From Syntrophales bacterium (GTDB taxonomy: Bacteria; Desulfobacterota; Syntrophia; Syntrophales; UBA2185), in assembly GCA_052144335.1 (NCBI GenBank), contig JBKQQP010000016.1, positions 894-64,893 on the forward strand: a stretch of DNA of 64,000 nucleotides, in the 5' to 3' direction. The stretch's first letter is position 1, and each line of letters starts with the position of its first letter. Of the stretch, positions 49,639-60,263 are shown in pieces. A program made the position numbers and the translations under genes. A model generated the notes under the pieces. It did no database searches and was not told the origin of the DNA. It saw only the letters and a program-made list of their open reading frames with translations.

Positions 49639-50490
49639 CTAAGAGATCATTGCTGCATGGTAGGAACTGCGCACTAGTGGGCCTGCTTCAACACGCTTCA
49701 TCCCCAGTTCTCGCGCCGCCTCTCTCATGGCTTCAAATTCATCCGGGTGGTAGTATTTCATGACAGGCCAGTGATTGCGTGACGGCTGCTGGTACTGGCC
49801 GATAGTCACTGTTTCGCAGTGAACTCGAGCCAGGTCCTGAAGCAAGACTGTAATGTCATTCCAGCTCTCTCCGAAACCCACCATGAATCCCGACTTGACG
49901 ATAACTTCGTTCTTGCCGTATCGGCTTATCCGATGGAGCAATTCCAGAGATAGATGATAATTCCCCTGCGGTCTGATTTGGCTAAAAAAGGCGGGAACGA
50001 CTTCCATGTTGTGGTTTATCACATGAGGTCTGCTCTTGACAATGCATTCCAGGGCATCCCAATTACCATGTAGGTCCGGAATAAGCACTTCTACCCTGCA
50101 TCCCGGCACTTCCTGATATAGCATCTCCACACAACGGGCAAACAGCCCTGCTCCTCCGTCTGCGAGGTCATCCCTCGTGACAGATGTGATAACTACATAC
50201 CGGAGTCCCAGCTTCTTGACCGCATGGGTGAGCCTTTCCGGCTCCATCTCGTCCAATCCTTCGGGCGTCCCGTGCCGGACATTGCAGTAGAGGCAGTTTC
50301 TCGTGCAGATATTCCCGAGAATTAAAAAAGTGACCGTTCCGGAATGAAAACATTCGGTGACATTGGGGCAATGCGCCTCCTGACAGATGGAATGGAGATT
50401 AGACTGCGACAGAATCCCTTTCACATGCTGGAATTCATGCGAAGCAGGGAGTCTTACCTTTAACCATTCAGGCTTCCTTTTTATCTGCAT
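49639..50490 (-). CDS. lipA: lipoyl synthase
   Basis: CQEAHCPNVTEC, CTRNCLYC, VRSSY. Confidence 0.97.
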   Translation of the reverse strand: MQIKRKPEWLKVRLPASHEFQHVKGILSQSNLHSICQEAHCPNVTECFHSGTVTFLILGNICTRNCLYCNVRHGTPEGLDEMEPERLTHAVKKLGLRYVVITSVTRDDLADGGAGLFARCVEMLYQEVPGCRVEVLIPDLHGNWDALECIVKSRPHVINHNMEVVPAFFSQIRPQGNYHLSLELLHRISRYGKNEVIVKSGFMVGFGESWNDITVLLQDLARVHCETVTIGQYQQPSRNHWPVMKYYHPDEFEAMREAARELGMKRVEAGPLVRSSYHAAMIS

Positions 50491-50887
50491 TCACACCCTG
50501 AACCCTTTTCTTGGCTTTGGCGAGACCGAAAACACCGAAGACGAAGAACATGATCCCCATGATGAGCTGGGGCAAGGCAGCTTCCATCTGACGCGTTTCG
50601 ATAAAATGCGCTATTGCCTGCAGCAGATTTACAAGACCGAAAAAAAGAAAAATGGCGGGAGCGATATAGTTGACCAGTTTGCGTGCATCCATGGGAAGTT
50701 TGGGTAGTCCTGGCGCCTGCTCCCGGACAGGAGCCGCATCAGTCTTGCCCGACTGTGCAGGAGCCGGCTTTTCTTCCGAGGCATCTTTTTCCTTACCTGC
50801 AAGAGCCCAAATGATTTTGTCCCTTTCTCTGGGATTCTTGACCGTCTTAAGTTTTCTGATGAGTTTATCCCTGTCCATTTCTTTCAA
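50468..50887 (-). CDS. small membrane protein (2 TM) inside the gcv operon
   Basis: Two hydrophobic segments in the C-terminal half; overlaps the lipA start. Confidence 0.7.
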   Translation of the reverse strand: MKEMDRDKLIRKLKTVKNPRERDKIIWALAGKEKDASEEKPAPAQSGKTDAAPVREQAPGLPKLPMDARKLVNYIAPAIFLFFGLVNLLQAIAHFIETRQMEAALPQLIMGIMFFVFGVFGLAKAKKRVQGVNADKKEA

Positions 50888-50929
50888 TCTTCCTTCCCTT
50901 ATTATATCAATGTATGCTTCGTTCCTCGC

Positions 50930-52372
50930 CTAAACTTTCCCCCAGCATACGTCAGGCTCCCTGGCGGCCTTGACGTCATCCAGCCGCCTCACGGTCGTGG
51001 TCAGGGGCGCTGATTTGACCAGCTCCGGATTTTCCTTCGCTTCCTTGGCAATGGTAATCATGGTATCACAGAAGGCATCAAGAGTCTCCTTGCTTTCCGT
51101 CTCATTGGGTTCGATCATAATGGCCTCGGGCACGATCAGGGGAAAGTATATCGTCGGCGGATGATAGCCGTAATCGAGGAGACGCTTGGCAATATCCGAG
51201 GTGTGGACACCGCTCTCCTTGACCTGCCGCTTTCCGGAGAAGACGCACTCGTGCATGCATATCCGGTCATAGGGAAGATCATAAAAGGATCTCAATCGCT
51301 CCTTGATGTAATTGGCGTTGAGCACAGCGGTCTCACTTGCCTTCTTCAAGCCGTCAGGCCCGAGAGATCTGATATACGTGTAGGCCTTCACCATTACATT
51401 AAAATTTCCATAGAACGCCTTTACCCGACCGATACTGTCCGGAAAGTCGTACTTCCAGTCATACCTTTTCCCTTTTTTTATGATACGTGGCATGGGAAGA
51501 TGCCGAACCAGATCTTTTCTGACCCCCACGGGCCCGCTTCCGGGGCCGCCGCAGCCATGGGGCGTTGAGAACGTCTTGTGGAGATTGAGTTGGATGACAT
51601 CGATGCCGAGTTCGCCAGGTTTTGTAACTCCCATGAAGGCATTGGCATTGGCGCCATCGCAGTACAGTATACCTCCCCTTCTGTGAACAATCTCCGAAAC
51701 TTGTTCAATATTTCTCTCAAAAAGGCCCAGGGTGTTGGGGTTCGTAATCATCAGTCCTGCCACATCTTCCGTCATCAGCTCCCCAAGATGGCTGATTTCG
51801 ACACCTCCCTCGGCATTTGACCGCACGGTAACAATACTGTATCCGCACAACGCCCCCGAGGCCGGGTTTGTTCCGTGGGCAGTATCGGGGATCAAGATCT
51901 TTGAACGTTTCTGTCCTTTCTTCTCGAAATATTTTTTTATCACCATGACGCCGGTGAGTTCGCCATGCGCCCCGGCTGCGGGCTGGACGGCGAAATCGGC
52001 CATGCCGAATATCTCGCTCAAATACTGCCTCAGTTCGTACATGATCTGTAATGATCCCTGTGAAAATCTAACCGGGGAGTAAGGATGGAGGCATGTAAAT
52101 CCGGGCAGACGAGAAACATCCTCATTGATCTTGGGATTGTACTTCATGGTGCACGAGCCAAGGGGATAGAAGCCCACATCAACACCAAAGTTCCGTTTCG
52201 ATAGTTGCGTATAATGGCGGATGAGATCCACCTCAGCCACCTCCGGCAGGTCCACATCATCCCTGAGCAGACTCTTGTCGATAATATCTGTAACGGCCAC
52301 ATTGGGGACATCCGATTTAGGAATGCCTGTGGCTATTCTTCCTGGCCTGCTCTTCTCAAATATGAGTTCCAT
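50930..52372 (-). CDS. gcvPB: glycine dehydrogenase (decarboxylating) subunit 2
   Basis: [35 protein letters not shown]. Confidence 0.97.
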   Translation of the reverse strand: MELIFEKSRPGRIATGIPKSDVPNVAVTDIIDKSLLRDDVDLPEVAEVDLIRHYTQLSKRNFGVDVGFYPLGSCTMKYNPKINEDVSRLPGFTCLHPYSPVRFSQGSLQIMYELRQYLSEIFGMADFAVQPAAGAHGELTGVMVIKKYFEKKGQKRSKILIPDTAHGTNPASGALCGYSIVTVRSNAEGGVEISHLGELMTEDVAGLMITNPNTLGLFERNIEQVSEIVHRRGGILYCDGANANAFMGVTKPGELGIDVIQLNLHKTFSTPHGCGGPGSGPVGVRKDLVRHLPMPRIIKKGKRYDWKYDFPDSIGRVKAFYGNFNVMVKAYTYIRSLGPDGLKKASETAVLNANYIKERLRSFYDLPYDRICMHECVFSGKRQVKESGVHTSDIAKRLLDYGYHPPTIYFPLIVPEAIMIEPNETESKETLDAFCDTMITIAKEAKENPELVKSAPLTTTVRRLDDVKAAREPDVCWGKV

Positions 52373-52396
52373 GAATTACCTCCGGCTTATATACTA

Positions 52397-53722
52397 TTAA
52401 GCAGCAAGGGAAACTACCCTGTCGATGTCTTCTCTCGTAAGCATCTCAGTGGCACAGAAGAGAAGGGCGTTTCCAAGTTCAGGATAATCTTTTGCGAGGT
52501 CGTATGCTCCTATGATACCTGCAGCCTCGAGTTTTCGATTGACCATCTTCGGATCAGGACTGTGAATGACGAACTCATTGTAGACAGGGGCGGTGAAGAC
52601 AGCCTCCCAGCCTGCAAGTTCCGAGAGCCTCCGCTTCAGATAATGAGCTTTCCGGATGTTGAGCTCCGCTAATTTTTTGAGGTTTTTCCCGAGACTGACG
52701 AGATAGACGGCAGCAGCCAGAGCGCAGAGAGCTTCATTGGAACAGATATTCGATGTGGCCCTTTCCCGCCTGATGTGCTGTTCCCGTGTCTGCAGCGTCA
52801 GGACAAAACCCCTCTTGCCCTCTTTGTCCACTGTGGCTCCGGCAAGCCGACCGGGGATCTTTCTTAAGAATTTGTCAGTGCTCGCAAAAATCCCGAGATA
52901 GGGGCCTCCATAGTTCATGGGGTTTCCAAAGCTCTGCCCTTCGCCCACGACAAAGTCTGCCCCCATTTCACCTGCGGGTTTAAGAATACCCAAAGACGTC
53001 GCATCCGTGAACGCTGAGACAAGTAGCGCTCCCTTTGCATGCACTGTGGGCTCGATTGCGGCAATATCCTCTATGACGCCAAAGAAGTTCGGGCTTTGAA
53101 CCAGAACTGCCGCTGTCCTATCGTCTACAGCATTAGACAAGGCATCCCTGTCAATCTGACCTGATTTGCCATAAGGAATTTCCACGACCTCGTATCCATT
53201 CGCCCAGGCGTATGTACCGACAACCTGCCGGTACTCAGGATGTACGGAGCGAACAATGACGATTTTATCTCTGCTTAAGGTTTTGGCAGCGAGCACCGCA
53301 GCCTCAGCCATGGCCGACGCGCCGTCATACATGGAAGCATTGGCGACCTGCATGCCTGTGACCTTCGCTATCATGGTCTGGTATTCATAGATGGCCTGAA
53401 GGATTCCTTGGCTGATCTCCGCCTGGTAAGGGGTATAAGCTGTGTAGAACTCTGAGCGTGAAATGACATGACCCACAACGGCCGGGATATAATGGTTGTA
53501 AGCCCCCGCCCCCATGAGGGTAATCGGGATAGCAGCGTTTCGGGCACTGATGCCCTTCATCAGCACTGCGACCTCTTGCTCGGAGAGGCCAGGAGGCAGA
53601 TTAAGGAGCCCCTTTAATTTATATTTTTCGGGAAGATCGGCAAACAGTTCATCCACCGTTTTGATGCCGACAATCTCCATCATCTGTCTTTGATCTTCGG
53701 GGGTGTGTGGAACATAGTCCAT
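52397..53722 (-). CDS. gcvPA: glycine dehydrogenase (decarboxylating) subunit 1
   Basis: YTAYTPYQAEISQG, NASMYDG, TREQHIRRERATSNICSN. Confidence 0.97.
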   Translation of the reverse strand: MDYVPHTPEDQRQMMEIVGIKTVDELFADLPEKYKLKGLLNLPPGLSEQEVAVLMKGISARNAAIPITLMGAGAYNHYIPAVVGHVISRSEFYTAYTPYQAEISQGILQAIYEYQTMIAKVTGMQVANASMYDGASAMAEAAVLAAKTLSRDKIVIVRSVHPEYRQVVGTYAWANGYEVVEIPYGKSGQIDRDALSNAVDDRTAAVLVQSPNFFGVIEDIAAIEPTVHAKGALLVSAFTDATSLGILKPAGEMGADFVVGEGQSFGNPMNYGGPYLGIFASTDKFLRKIPGRLAGATVDKEGKRGFVLTLQTREQHIRRERATSNICSNEALCALAAAVYLVSLGKNLKKLAELNIRKAHYLKRRLSELAGWEAVFTAPVYNEFVIHSPDPKMVNRKLEAAGIIGAYDLAKDYPELGNALLFCATEMLTREDIDRVVSLAA

Positions 53723-53831
53723 ATTGCGATCCTTTCTCTGGTCTACTTAGAGCACTCTGATATCGCGGTTGCTTTGATGAAACAATCCTGAAATTGGAAT
53801 CGCCGCGCCCGGGCTGTAATAGAATGGAAAA

Positions 53832-54230
53832 TTAGTGCTTCACCTCTTTGATCATCTCCGTGTAGCTGGCTGCATCCATGAGATTATTCAATTCAGCGGG
53901 GGCGTCCATCTTAAGTTTGACCATCCAGCCTTTTCCAAAGGCATCCTGATTTACGAGTTCCGGGTGCTCCTCCAGCTCTTTATTGACTTCTATGACTTCC
54001 CCGCTCACAGGCGCGTAGACGTCAGAAACAGACTTTACGGATTCTACCACCGCCATCGGTTCCATTTGCTTAACTTTCTTCCCTATGGCCGGAAGTTCTA
54101 CAAAGACGATATCAGTAAGCAGCTCCTGAGCGTGATCCGTAATACCCATCTTGACCGTTCCGTCTCCGTTATCCATTGCCCATTCGTGTTCCTTCGAATA
54201 CTTCCTGTCTGCTGGATTTGGTTTTGACAT
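53832..54230 (-). CDS. gcvH: glycine cleavage system H protein
   Basis: HEW, GITDHAQ, lipoyl-Lys motif VESVKSVSD. Confidence 0.97.
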   Translation of the reverse strand: MSKPNPADRKYSKEHEWAMDNGDGTVKMGITDHAQELLTDIVFVELPAIGKKVKQMEPMAVVESVKSVSDVYAPVSGEVIEVNKELEEHPELVNQDAFGKGWMVKLKMDAPAELNNLMDAASYTEMIKEVKH

Positions 54231-54294
54231 TGCTTTCCCCCTTCAATCTATATCTCTACGGCCTCAACACAGTTTCCCGCATATTCCGAGAACA

Positions 54295-55389
54295 TCATTT
54301 CTGCCTCCGGTAAAAAGGCAATTCCACAATACGCGCCGCGGCATGGTGATCACGTATTTGTATGAAAATATCGGTGCCAGGCCTGCTCACCGCCACGGGT
54401 ACAAAAGCCAGTCCCACCGACTTCTGCAAGGTAGGAGTGTATGTTCCCGATGTCACAACGCCCACTTCCGTCGCATCTTTGAATACTTTGTACCCGTGTC
54501 TTGCTATTCCCCTATCTGTCATCTCGAAGCCGACCAGTTTTCTCGCTATGCCATGCTCCTTTAGCCGCTTCAAAGCACTACCTCCGACAAAATTTTTCTC
54601 CAGATTTATCACCCACCCGTAGACGACCTCCAACGGGGTGATCGTCTCGTCCATGTCGTTTCCGTATAACATCATCCCCGCTTCCAGACGCAGGGTATCC
54701 CGTGCGCCTAATCCGACAGGTTTAAGCCCAAGGCACGTCCCGATTGCCAGGAGTTTGTCCCAGATTTCTCCTACCCTCCGACTATCCGCATAGATCTCGA
54801 AGCCGTCCTCTCCGGTGTAACCGCTGCGTGACACGAGAGCAGGTATTTTCATAACCTGCGTGTCCCTGGCATGGTAGAAAGTCAAAGATGCCAAATCATC
54901 CGATGCAAGGTTCTGAAGAATCTCCTGCGATAAGGGCCCCTGCAGATCTATCTTGCCCGTTCGATCGCTATTATCCACGATCTCCACACCGGATAAACCC
55001 AGTGACTTTCCCTGCATCTCGATCCATGAGAGATCCTTGTCCTTCGTCCCGGCATTCGTGACGACCAGATAACGCTCATCTTCTAAGCGATACACCGTTA
55101 CATCATCGATGATGCCGCCGTTTTCATTCGTGATGACGCTGAGTTTGATCTGTCCGATGTTCTGTCCTTCTATATTTCTGCTCAGTACCCATTGTAATAG
55201 CTCAAAAGCCTGAGGTCCTTTGACCTCAATCTCTCCCATATGGCAGATGTCAAAAAGCCCCGCTTTCATCCTCGTTGCATGGTGCTCTTCAATCACATTG
55301 CTGTATTGAACCGGCATTGCCCAGCCGCCGAAATCAATTATCCTTGCGCCAAGTGCGACGTGACGGTCATAGAGTGGAGTTTTCTTCAT
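54295..55389 (-). CDS. gcvT: glycine cleavage system T protein (aminomethyltransferase)
   Basis: MKKTPLY, FGGWAMP, FDICHMG, SRSGYTGEDGFE, GARDTLRLEAG; start at 55389 behind GGAGG. Confidence 0.97.
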   Translation of the reverse strand: MKKTPLYDRHVALGARIIDFGGWAMPVQYSNVIEEHHATRMKAGLFDICHMGEIEVKGPQAFELLQWVLSRNIEGQNIGQIKLSVITNENGGIIDDVTVYRLEDERYLVVTNAGTKDKDLSWIEMQGKSLGLSGVEIVDNSDRTGKIDLQGPLSQEILQNLASDDLASLTFYHARDTQVMKIPALVSRSGYTGEDGFEIYADSRRVGEIWDKLLAIGTCLGLKPVGLGARDTLRLEAGMMLYGNDMDETITPLEVVYGWVINLEKNFVGGSALKRLKEHGIARKLVGFEMTDRGIARHGYKVFKDATEVGVVTSGTYTPTLQKSVGLAFVPVAVSRPGTDIFIQIRDHHAAARIVELPFYRRQK

Positions 55390-55808
55390 TGACGGTTCTC
55401 CTCCGGGAGGCGGACAGGCTTGCGTCGTGCAAGTCAGGTCCTTCAAACTGGTTCAATGAAAGAGCCTGTTTATGATTTAATACCAGTACTTGCAGTAAAT
55501 GAGGGACCAGATTACGAGAATAAAAATTACGAAGAAAAATATTTGTTTTCTTGAAAACCGTGGATCTTGCAACGAGATTCTTGCGATTTTTGTAGATTGT
55601 CCATTTCGATTCAACAGGATTCTGTCAGCAGACGAGAGAGTAGCTTTTCCATATGCTGCCCGGTTCACCTAATGTTAAGATGAGTAACATAGGCAAGGCT
55701 ATATTTCAAGATATAAAAGAGATATAAAAGAATTTGCCCTGGCTCCATTCATGTGCTGAGAAATGAATTTTGAAACACGGATAAGAAAGGGTGATATCAG
55801 CTATTTCG

Positions 55809-56396
55809 CTATATCCCGTTGCCGGTAACTGCTTTCATCTTTCCAAAAGTTCTTTCAAAGAACTCTTGTTTTTGTTTCGGAATATATAGTGGACCTTCGC
55901 AATCGATGATCAACTTACCTTCAAGGTGGTCAATCTCATGTTGTGCAACACGGGCGACGTAATCTGTATAGCGCTTGTTTATTTTGCACCCGCTTATATC
56001 AAACGCCCTCACTTTGATCTCAGGAAATCTGCTGACTTCGACCTGGATTTCCGGGCATGAGAGACATCCCTCAGTCGCGGTCACCATTTCACCACGGGCT
56101 TGCGTAATCCGGGGGTTGATCAAAAGCTCGTAATCGTCCGCGTTCTTTGACCAGCCCTTCTCACTGAATCCCTTATTTCTGAAGATAATTATTTTTTTGC
56201 TTATTCCGATCTGCGGAGCCGCCAAACCTGCAGCTTCATCCATGGACAAGAAGGCGTCGACGAGGGTCCTGATCTCCTTTTTTCTTTTCTCATCGAAGGG
56301 AACCCGTATGTCCTCACATAGCCTCCTCAAGACAAGGGCTTCCTCCTCATTAATCTTGTCATCCTTCCACAGTGTAAAAACTCTCACTCCAGACAT
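55809..56396 (-). CDS. def: peptide deformylase
   Basis: GLAAPQIG, EGCLS, QHEIDHLEG. Confidence 0.95.
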   Translation of the reverse strand: MSGVRVFTLWKDDKINEEEALVLRRLCEDIRVPFDEKRKKEIRTLVDAFLSMDEAAGLAAPQIGISKKIIIFRNKGFSEKGWSKNADDYELLINPRITQARGEMVTATEGCLSCPEIQVEVSRFPEIKVRAFDISGCKINKRYTDYVARVAQHEIDHLEGKLIIDCEGPLYIPKQKQEFFERTFGKMKAVTGNGI

Positions 56397-56562
56397 CACT
56401 TTCCCCGTCACAAGTCGTTCAAGTTTTATATAACATCCTGCAGCCATTATTTCAAGTCTCTTGCAATTTTCAATTGCCCTTGATAATTTTACGGATGTCT
56501 GCTAATTTTTCTCCCTCAGACGGACTTGGAAACCCCTTGAAAATAACAAAAAGAGTGCACCC

Positions 56563-57801
56563 TTGATAAATGCCATCGTGACAAAAAAGGCAAAACTGGA
56601 ATTTGCCAGACTGATGAAATTTGAAAACGGAGGACTATCGATCACAGCTTCCGGCGCCTTAAAGAAATTGCCTCTCCTGTACATACATATCCCCTTCTGC
56701 GAAAAACTATGTCCCTACTGTTCCTTTCACCGCGTCGTCTTTGACAGCGCCCTCTGTCGCGATTACTTCCAGGCCTTAAGAAAAGAGATCACGCTCTATA
56801 AGGGCAAGGGGTATGATTTTAGCGGCATGTACGTGGGAGGCGGGACACCGACCATCCTCATAGAAGAACTCGAAGAAACGCTAAAGCTGGCGCGGCAATG
56901 TTTTTCCATTCGGCAAATATCCGTCGAGACAAACCCGAACCATCTGACAGATGCAACTATCTCCGCTCTGAAGCGAGCCGGCATAAACCGGCTTTCCGTA
57001 GGAGTCCAAAGTTTTGACGATCAACTGCTTCGCAATATGGATAGATATGACAAGTACGGGAGTTGCGAGGCTATAACCAATCTGTTGTCGCAGACCCTGG
57101 GGCAGTTTGATACCCTCAATGCGGATATGATTTTCAATTTCCCTTCCCAGACCATGACGATGTTGGAGAGGGATCTGGACATCCTGATGGATTTAGGGAT
57201 TGACCAGATCACATACTACCCTCTCATGGTTTCAGATTCTACCCGTCAGGACGTTGGTGAAAAGTTCGGGCAAGTCGACTATGCAAAAGAGGAACAATTT
57301 TACCATCGGATCATAGAACGGCTGCTGCCGACATACCGGCACTCGTCTGCATGGTGCTTTTCAAAAAATGCCGCGATGATAGATGAATATATTATCGATT
57401 ATGATGAATATGCCGGGATCGGGAGCGGATCGATCGGCTATTTAAACGGCATATGCTACGCCAACACCTTCAATATCCCAGAATACATCGCACGGGTCAA
57501 CCGCGGCGAGATGCCTATTATGGCCTCGCGATCCTTCCAGCTCAAGGATCAGTTGCAATATGATTTCCTCATGAAACTTTTCGGTATGAACATGGATATA
57601 CAGGCATCGCAGGCAAAGTATGGCGGGGGTTTTTATCGGGCCCTCTGGTTTAATATTCTTGCTTTTGTCCTTGCGGGTGCTTTACAGTATCGTTCCTCCC
57701 GTCTTTACCTGACAAGGCGCGGATGCTATCTCTGGGTGATCATGATGAGGGAATTTTTTATCGCAGTTAATAACTTTCGTGATTTTTGCCGATCAAGGTA
57801 G
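56563..57801 (+). CDS. HemN-like class C radical SAM enzyme, probable menaquinone methyltransferase (MenK/MqnK family)
   Basis: YIHIPFCEKLCPYCSFH, MYVGGGTP, QITYYPLM, SAWCFS, DEY...EYAGIGSG, C-terminal YLWVIMMREFF. Confidence 0.75.
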   Translation: MINAIVTKKAKLEFARLMKFENGGLSITASGALKKLPLLYIHIPFCEKLCPYCSFHRVVFDSALCRDYFQALRKEITLYKGKGYDFSGMYVGGGTPTILIEELEETLKLARQCFSIRQISVETNPNHLTDATISALKRAGINRLSVGVQSFDDQLLRNMDRYDKYGSCEAITNLLSQTLGQFDTLNADMIFNFPSQTMTMLERDLDILMDLGIDQITYYPLMVSDSTRQDVGEKFGQVDYAKEEQFYHRIIERLLPTYRHSSAWCFSKNAAMIDEYIIDYDEYAGIGSGSIGYLNGICYANTFNIPEYIARVNRGEMPIMASRSFQLKDQLQYDFLMKLFGMNMDIQASQAKYGGGFYRALWFNILAFVLAGALQYRSSRLYLTRRGCYLWVIMMREFFIAVNNFRDFCRSR

Positions 57802-57843
57802 TAAGATAATTGCAAGACATCATATTTTCTGCAACAGAGCCAT

Positions 57844-59274
57844 ATGGCAAAACAAAATCTTGATGACCACAGAATGACACTATTGAGGGGCCTCCCCAAG
57901 ATCGACGAGATAATACTTTCTCTGGAAAAGAAGGAGGCATTTGCAGGAACCTCAAAATATATCGTGAAGTCTATCTGCCGATCTGTCGTGGAAGAACTGA
58001 GACAGGAGATCCTGAATACAAAGATGGATGCAAAAGGAATGCGCCTGCCTACAGCGGGAGATGTCGTCGATAAAGTTGGGCAAATAATTGCCGGGCTTCA
58101 TCAATACAGACTTCGCAAAGTGGTAAATGCCACAGGCGTAATTTTGCATACCAACCTGGGCAGAGCGCCTTTATGCGCCGATGCCCTGAAGAGGCTCATG
58201 GAAGTAGCAGGGGGATATTCGAATCTGGAATATGACCTTGCGAAAGGGGAGAGAGGCCTCCGTTATGACCATGTGCAGAAGATTCTCTGTGAGCTGTCGG
58301 GCGCGGAAGATGCTTTAGTAGTCAATAACAATGCGGCAGCCGTGCTGCTTGCGCTTAATACCCTTGCGGAGGGGAAGCAAGTTATTGTGTCGCGGGGAGA
58401 GCTTGTGGAAATCGGCGGCGAATTCCGCATACCGGAGGTCATGGAAAAAAGCGGGGCTTGTCTTTATGAAGTGGGGACGACCAACCGGACCCGCCTTAAA
58501 GATTATGAAAAGGCCCTTGGCCCGGAAACAGTGCTTATCCTGAAGGTCCACACGAGTAATTTCAGAATTATCGGCTTTACGGAAGATACGGATCTCGCCT
58601 CTCTTGTCGCCCTGGGAAAAAATTGTGGCATACCTGTGATGTATGATCTGGGCAGCGGTTGTTTCGCAGAGCTTGACCGTTACGGACTGGAGAGAGAACC
58701 GACGGTCCGCGATGTGCTGGCAACAGGCGTTGGCGTCGTGACATTCAGCGGCGACAAACTCTTGGGCGGCCCCCAGGCGGGCGTCATTCTCGGACAGAAA
58801 GACATCCTGCAGAAAATCAAGAAGAATCCTCTCAACAGGGCGCTTCGTATCGACAAGTTGACCCTGGCTGCGTTAGAGGCCACATTGATGCAATATCTGC
58901 AACCGGAAATGGCCGTGAAGCGTCTCAGGGTTCTCATGGCATTGACCGAGCAGCTTGCGGATGTGACAAAGCGGGCAAAGAAGCTTCTGTCCGCGTTGAG
59001 GAAAGGGCATTTTGCAGGGCTCACCATCTCCGTGAAAAAAGGATTTTCCATGTCAGGAGGGGGTTCACTTCCCGCCCAAGAAATTCCCACGATGCTCCTC
59101 AGTATAGTATCAACGCACATGTCGCCGAGCAGCATTGAAGAACGCTTAAGGAGGCTTGATGTTCCGATAATAGCACGTATTGCAGAAGACGAGATTCTCT
59201 TCGATTTGAGAACCATAGAGGAAGGAGAATTCCTATATATAAGGGACGGGCTGAAAAAGATCACCTCATCATGA
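57844..59274 (+). CDS. selA: L-seryl-tRNA(Sec) selenium transferase (selenocysteine synthase)
   Basis: VNATGVILHTNLGRA, YSNLEYDL, VNNNAAA, EIGG.FRIP, FSGDKLLGGPQAG. Confidence 0.97.
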   Translation: MAKQNLDDHRMTLLRGLPKIDEIILSLEKKEAFAGTSKYIVKSICRSVVEELRQEILNTKMDAKGMRLPTAGDVVDKVGQIIAGLHQYRLRKVVNATGVILHTNLGRAPLCADALKRLMEVAGGYSNLEYDLAKGERGLRYDHVQKILCELSGAEDALVVNNNAAAVLLALNTLAEGKQVIVSRGELVEIGGEFRIPEVMEKSGACLYEVGTTNRTRLKDYEKALGPETVLILKVHTSNFRIIGFTEDTDLASLVALGKNCGIPVMYDLGSGCFAELDRYGLEREPTVRDVLATGVGVVTFSGDKLLGGPQAGVILGQKDILQKIKKNPLNRALRIDKLTLAALEATLMQYLQPEMAVKRLRVLMALTEQLADVTKRAKKLLSALRKGHFAGLTISVKKGFSMSGGGSLPAQEIPTMLLSIVSTHMSPSSIEERLRRLDVPIIARIAEDEILFDLRTIEEGEFLYIRDGLKKITSS

Positions 59275-60260
59275 GAGATAAACCGATTGGTTCTCCTGAA
59301 CGAAAGAGCGATGAATTCATCGTTGCTTCTAACGAAGCTGGGTTAAGGCTTGACATCTATCTTTCCCTTAAGGATTTAGGCTTATCACGCTCACAGGTCA
59401 AGAAGTCTGTAGATGACGGACTGGTCCGGGTAAACAGTTTCTATAGCAAGGTGAGTCATCGGTTAAGGCCCGGAGATATTGTAGAAATCGATAAGCGGGA
59501 ACCAGCAGCCTGCCGTGCTTTACCGCAAGACCTGCCCCTGACCATCATATACGAAGATCCGCATATCCTAGTGGTCGACAAAGCGGCGGGAATGGTTGTG
59601 CACCCGGCGGCGGGACACTTTCAGGATACGATGGTGAATGCTATCCTTTACCATTGCCAGAACCTTTCCGGCATTGGCGGCATCCTGCGACCGGGGATCG
59701 TCCATCGTCTGGACAAAGGAACATCGGGATTGCTGGTTGTGGCCAAATCGGATGAGGCGCACCACGGTTTAGCCGGTCAGTTCAAGCGGCACGAGGTTAA
59801 GAAAACATACACGGCGCTAGTCTATGGCAATCCCAAGGAAGATGAAGGCCAAATAAACTTGCCTGTGGGCAGACATACGGTTGATCGGAAGAAGATGTCT
59901 ACGAAAAGCCGGCGCAGCAAAGAGGCGCTTACGACTTGGAAGGTGCAGGAACGGTTCGGCGTAGCGACAATGTTGGACGTGAACATCATGACGGGGAGAA
60001 CACATCAGATCAGGGTTCACCTGTCCGCTCTCGGTCTTCCCGTGATAGGCGACAGCGTATACGGCAACCCCAAGCGGGCTGATGCCGTTCATAATACCTT
60101 TGTGAGATCAAAGCTGAAGACAATGAAACGGCAAGCCCTTCATGCTGCAAGGATCGGGTTTGTCCATCCCATAACCCGCGAGGATATGATGTTTTCATCT
60201 CCCCCGCCCGATGACATGGCAGCCCTAGCGGATTTTCTCAGGAGACATACGCAGGTATAA
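59271..60260 (+). CDS. rluD: RluA-family 23S rRNA pseudouridine synthase with S4 domain
   Basis: RLD...SRS S4 domain, KAAGMVVHP, RPGIVHRLDKGTSG, TGRTHQIRVH. Confidence 0.93.
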   Translation: MRDKPIGSPERKSDEFIVASNEAGLRLDIYLSLKDLGLSRSQVKKSVDDGLVRVNSFYSKVSHRLRPGDIVEIDKREPAACRALPQDLPLTIIYEDPHILVVDKAAGMVVHPAAGHFQDTMVNAILYHCQNLSGIGGILRPGIVHRLDKGTSGLLVVAKSDEAHHGLAGQFKRHEVKKTYTALVYGNPKEDEGQINLPVGRHTVDRKKMSTKSRRSKEALTTWKVQERFGVATMLDVNIMTGRTHQIRVHLSALGLPVIGDSVYGNPKRADAVHNTFVRSKLKTMKRQALHAARIGFVHPITREDMMFSSPPPDDMAALADFLRRHTQV

Positions 60261-60263
60261 TCT

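Noticed and set aside
55390-55800. Glycine riboswitch upstream of gcvT
   Set aside because: No GGAGA...CCGAAG...CTCTCAGG aptamer signature seen on the minus strand.
56563-57801. Oxygen-independent coproporphyrinogen III oxidase (hemN) or heme chaperone hemW
   Set aside because: The motifs fit the MenK/MqnK subfamily better, and no heme genes are nearby. The gene symbol is withheld pending phylogeny.
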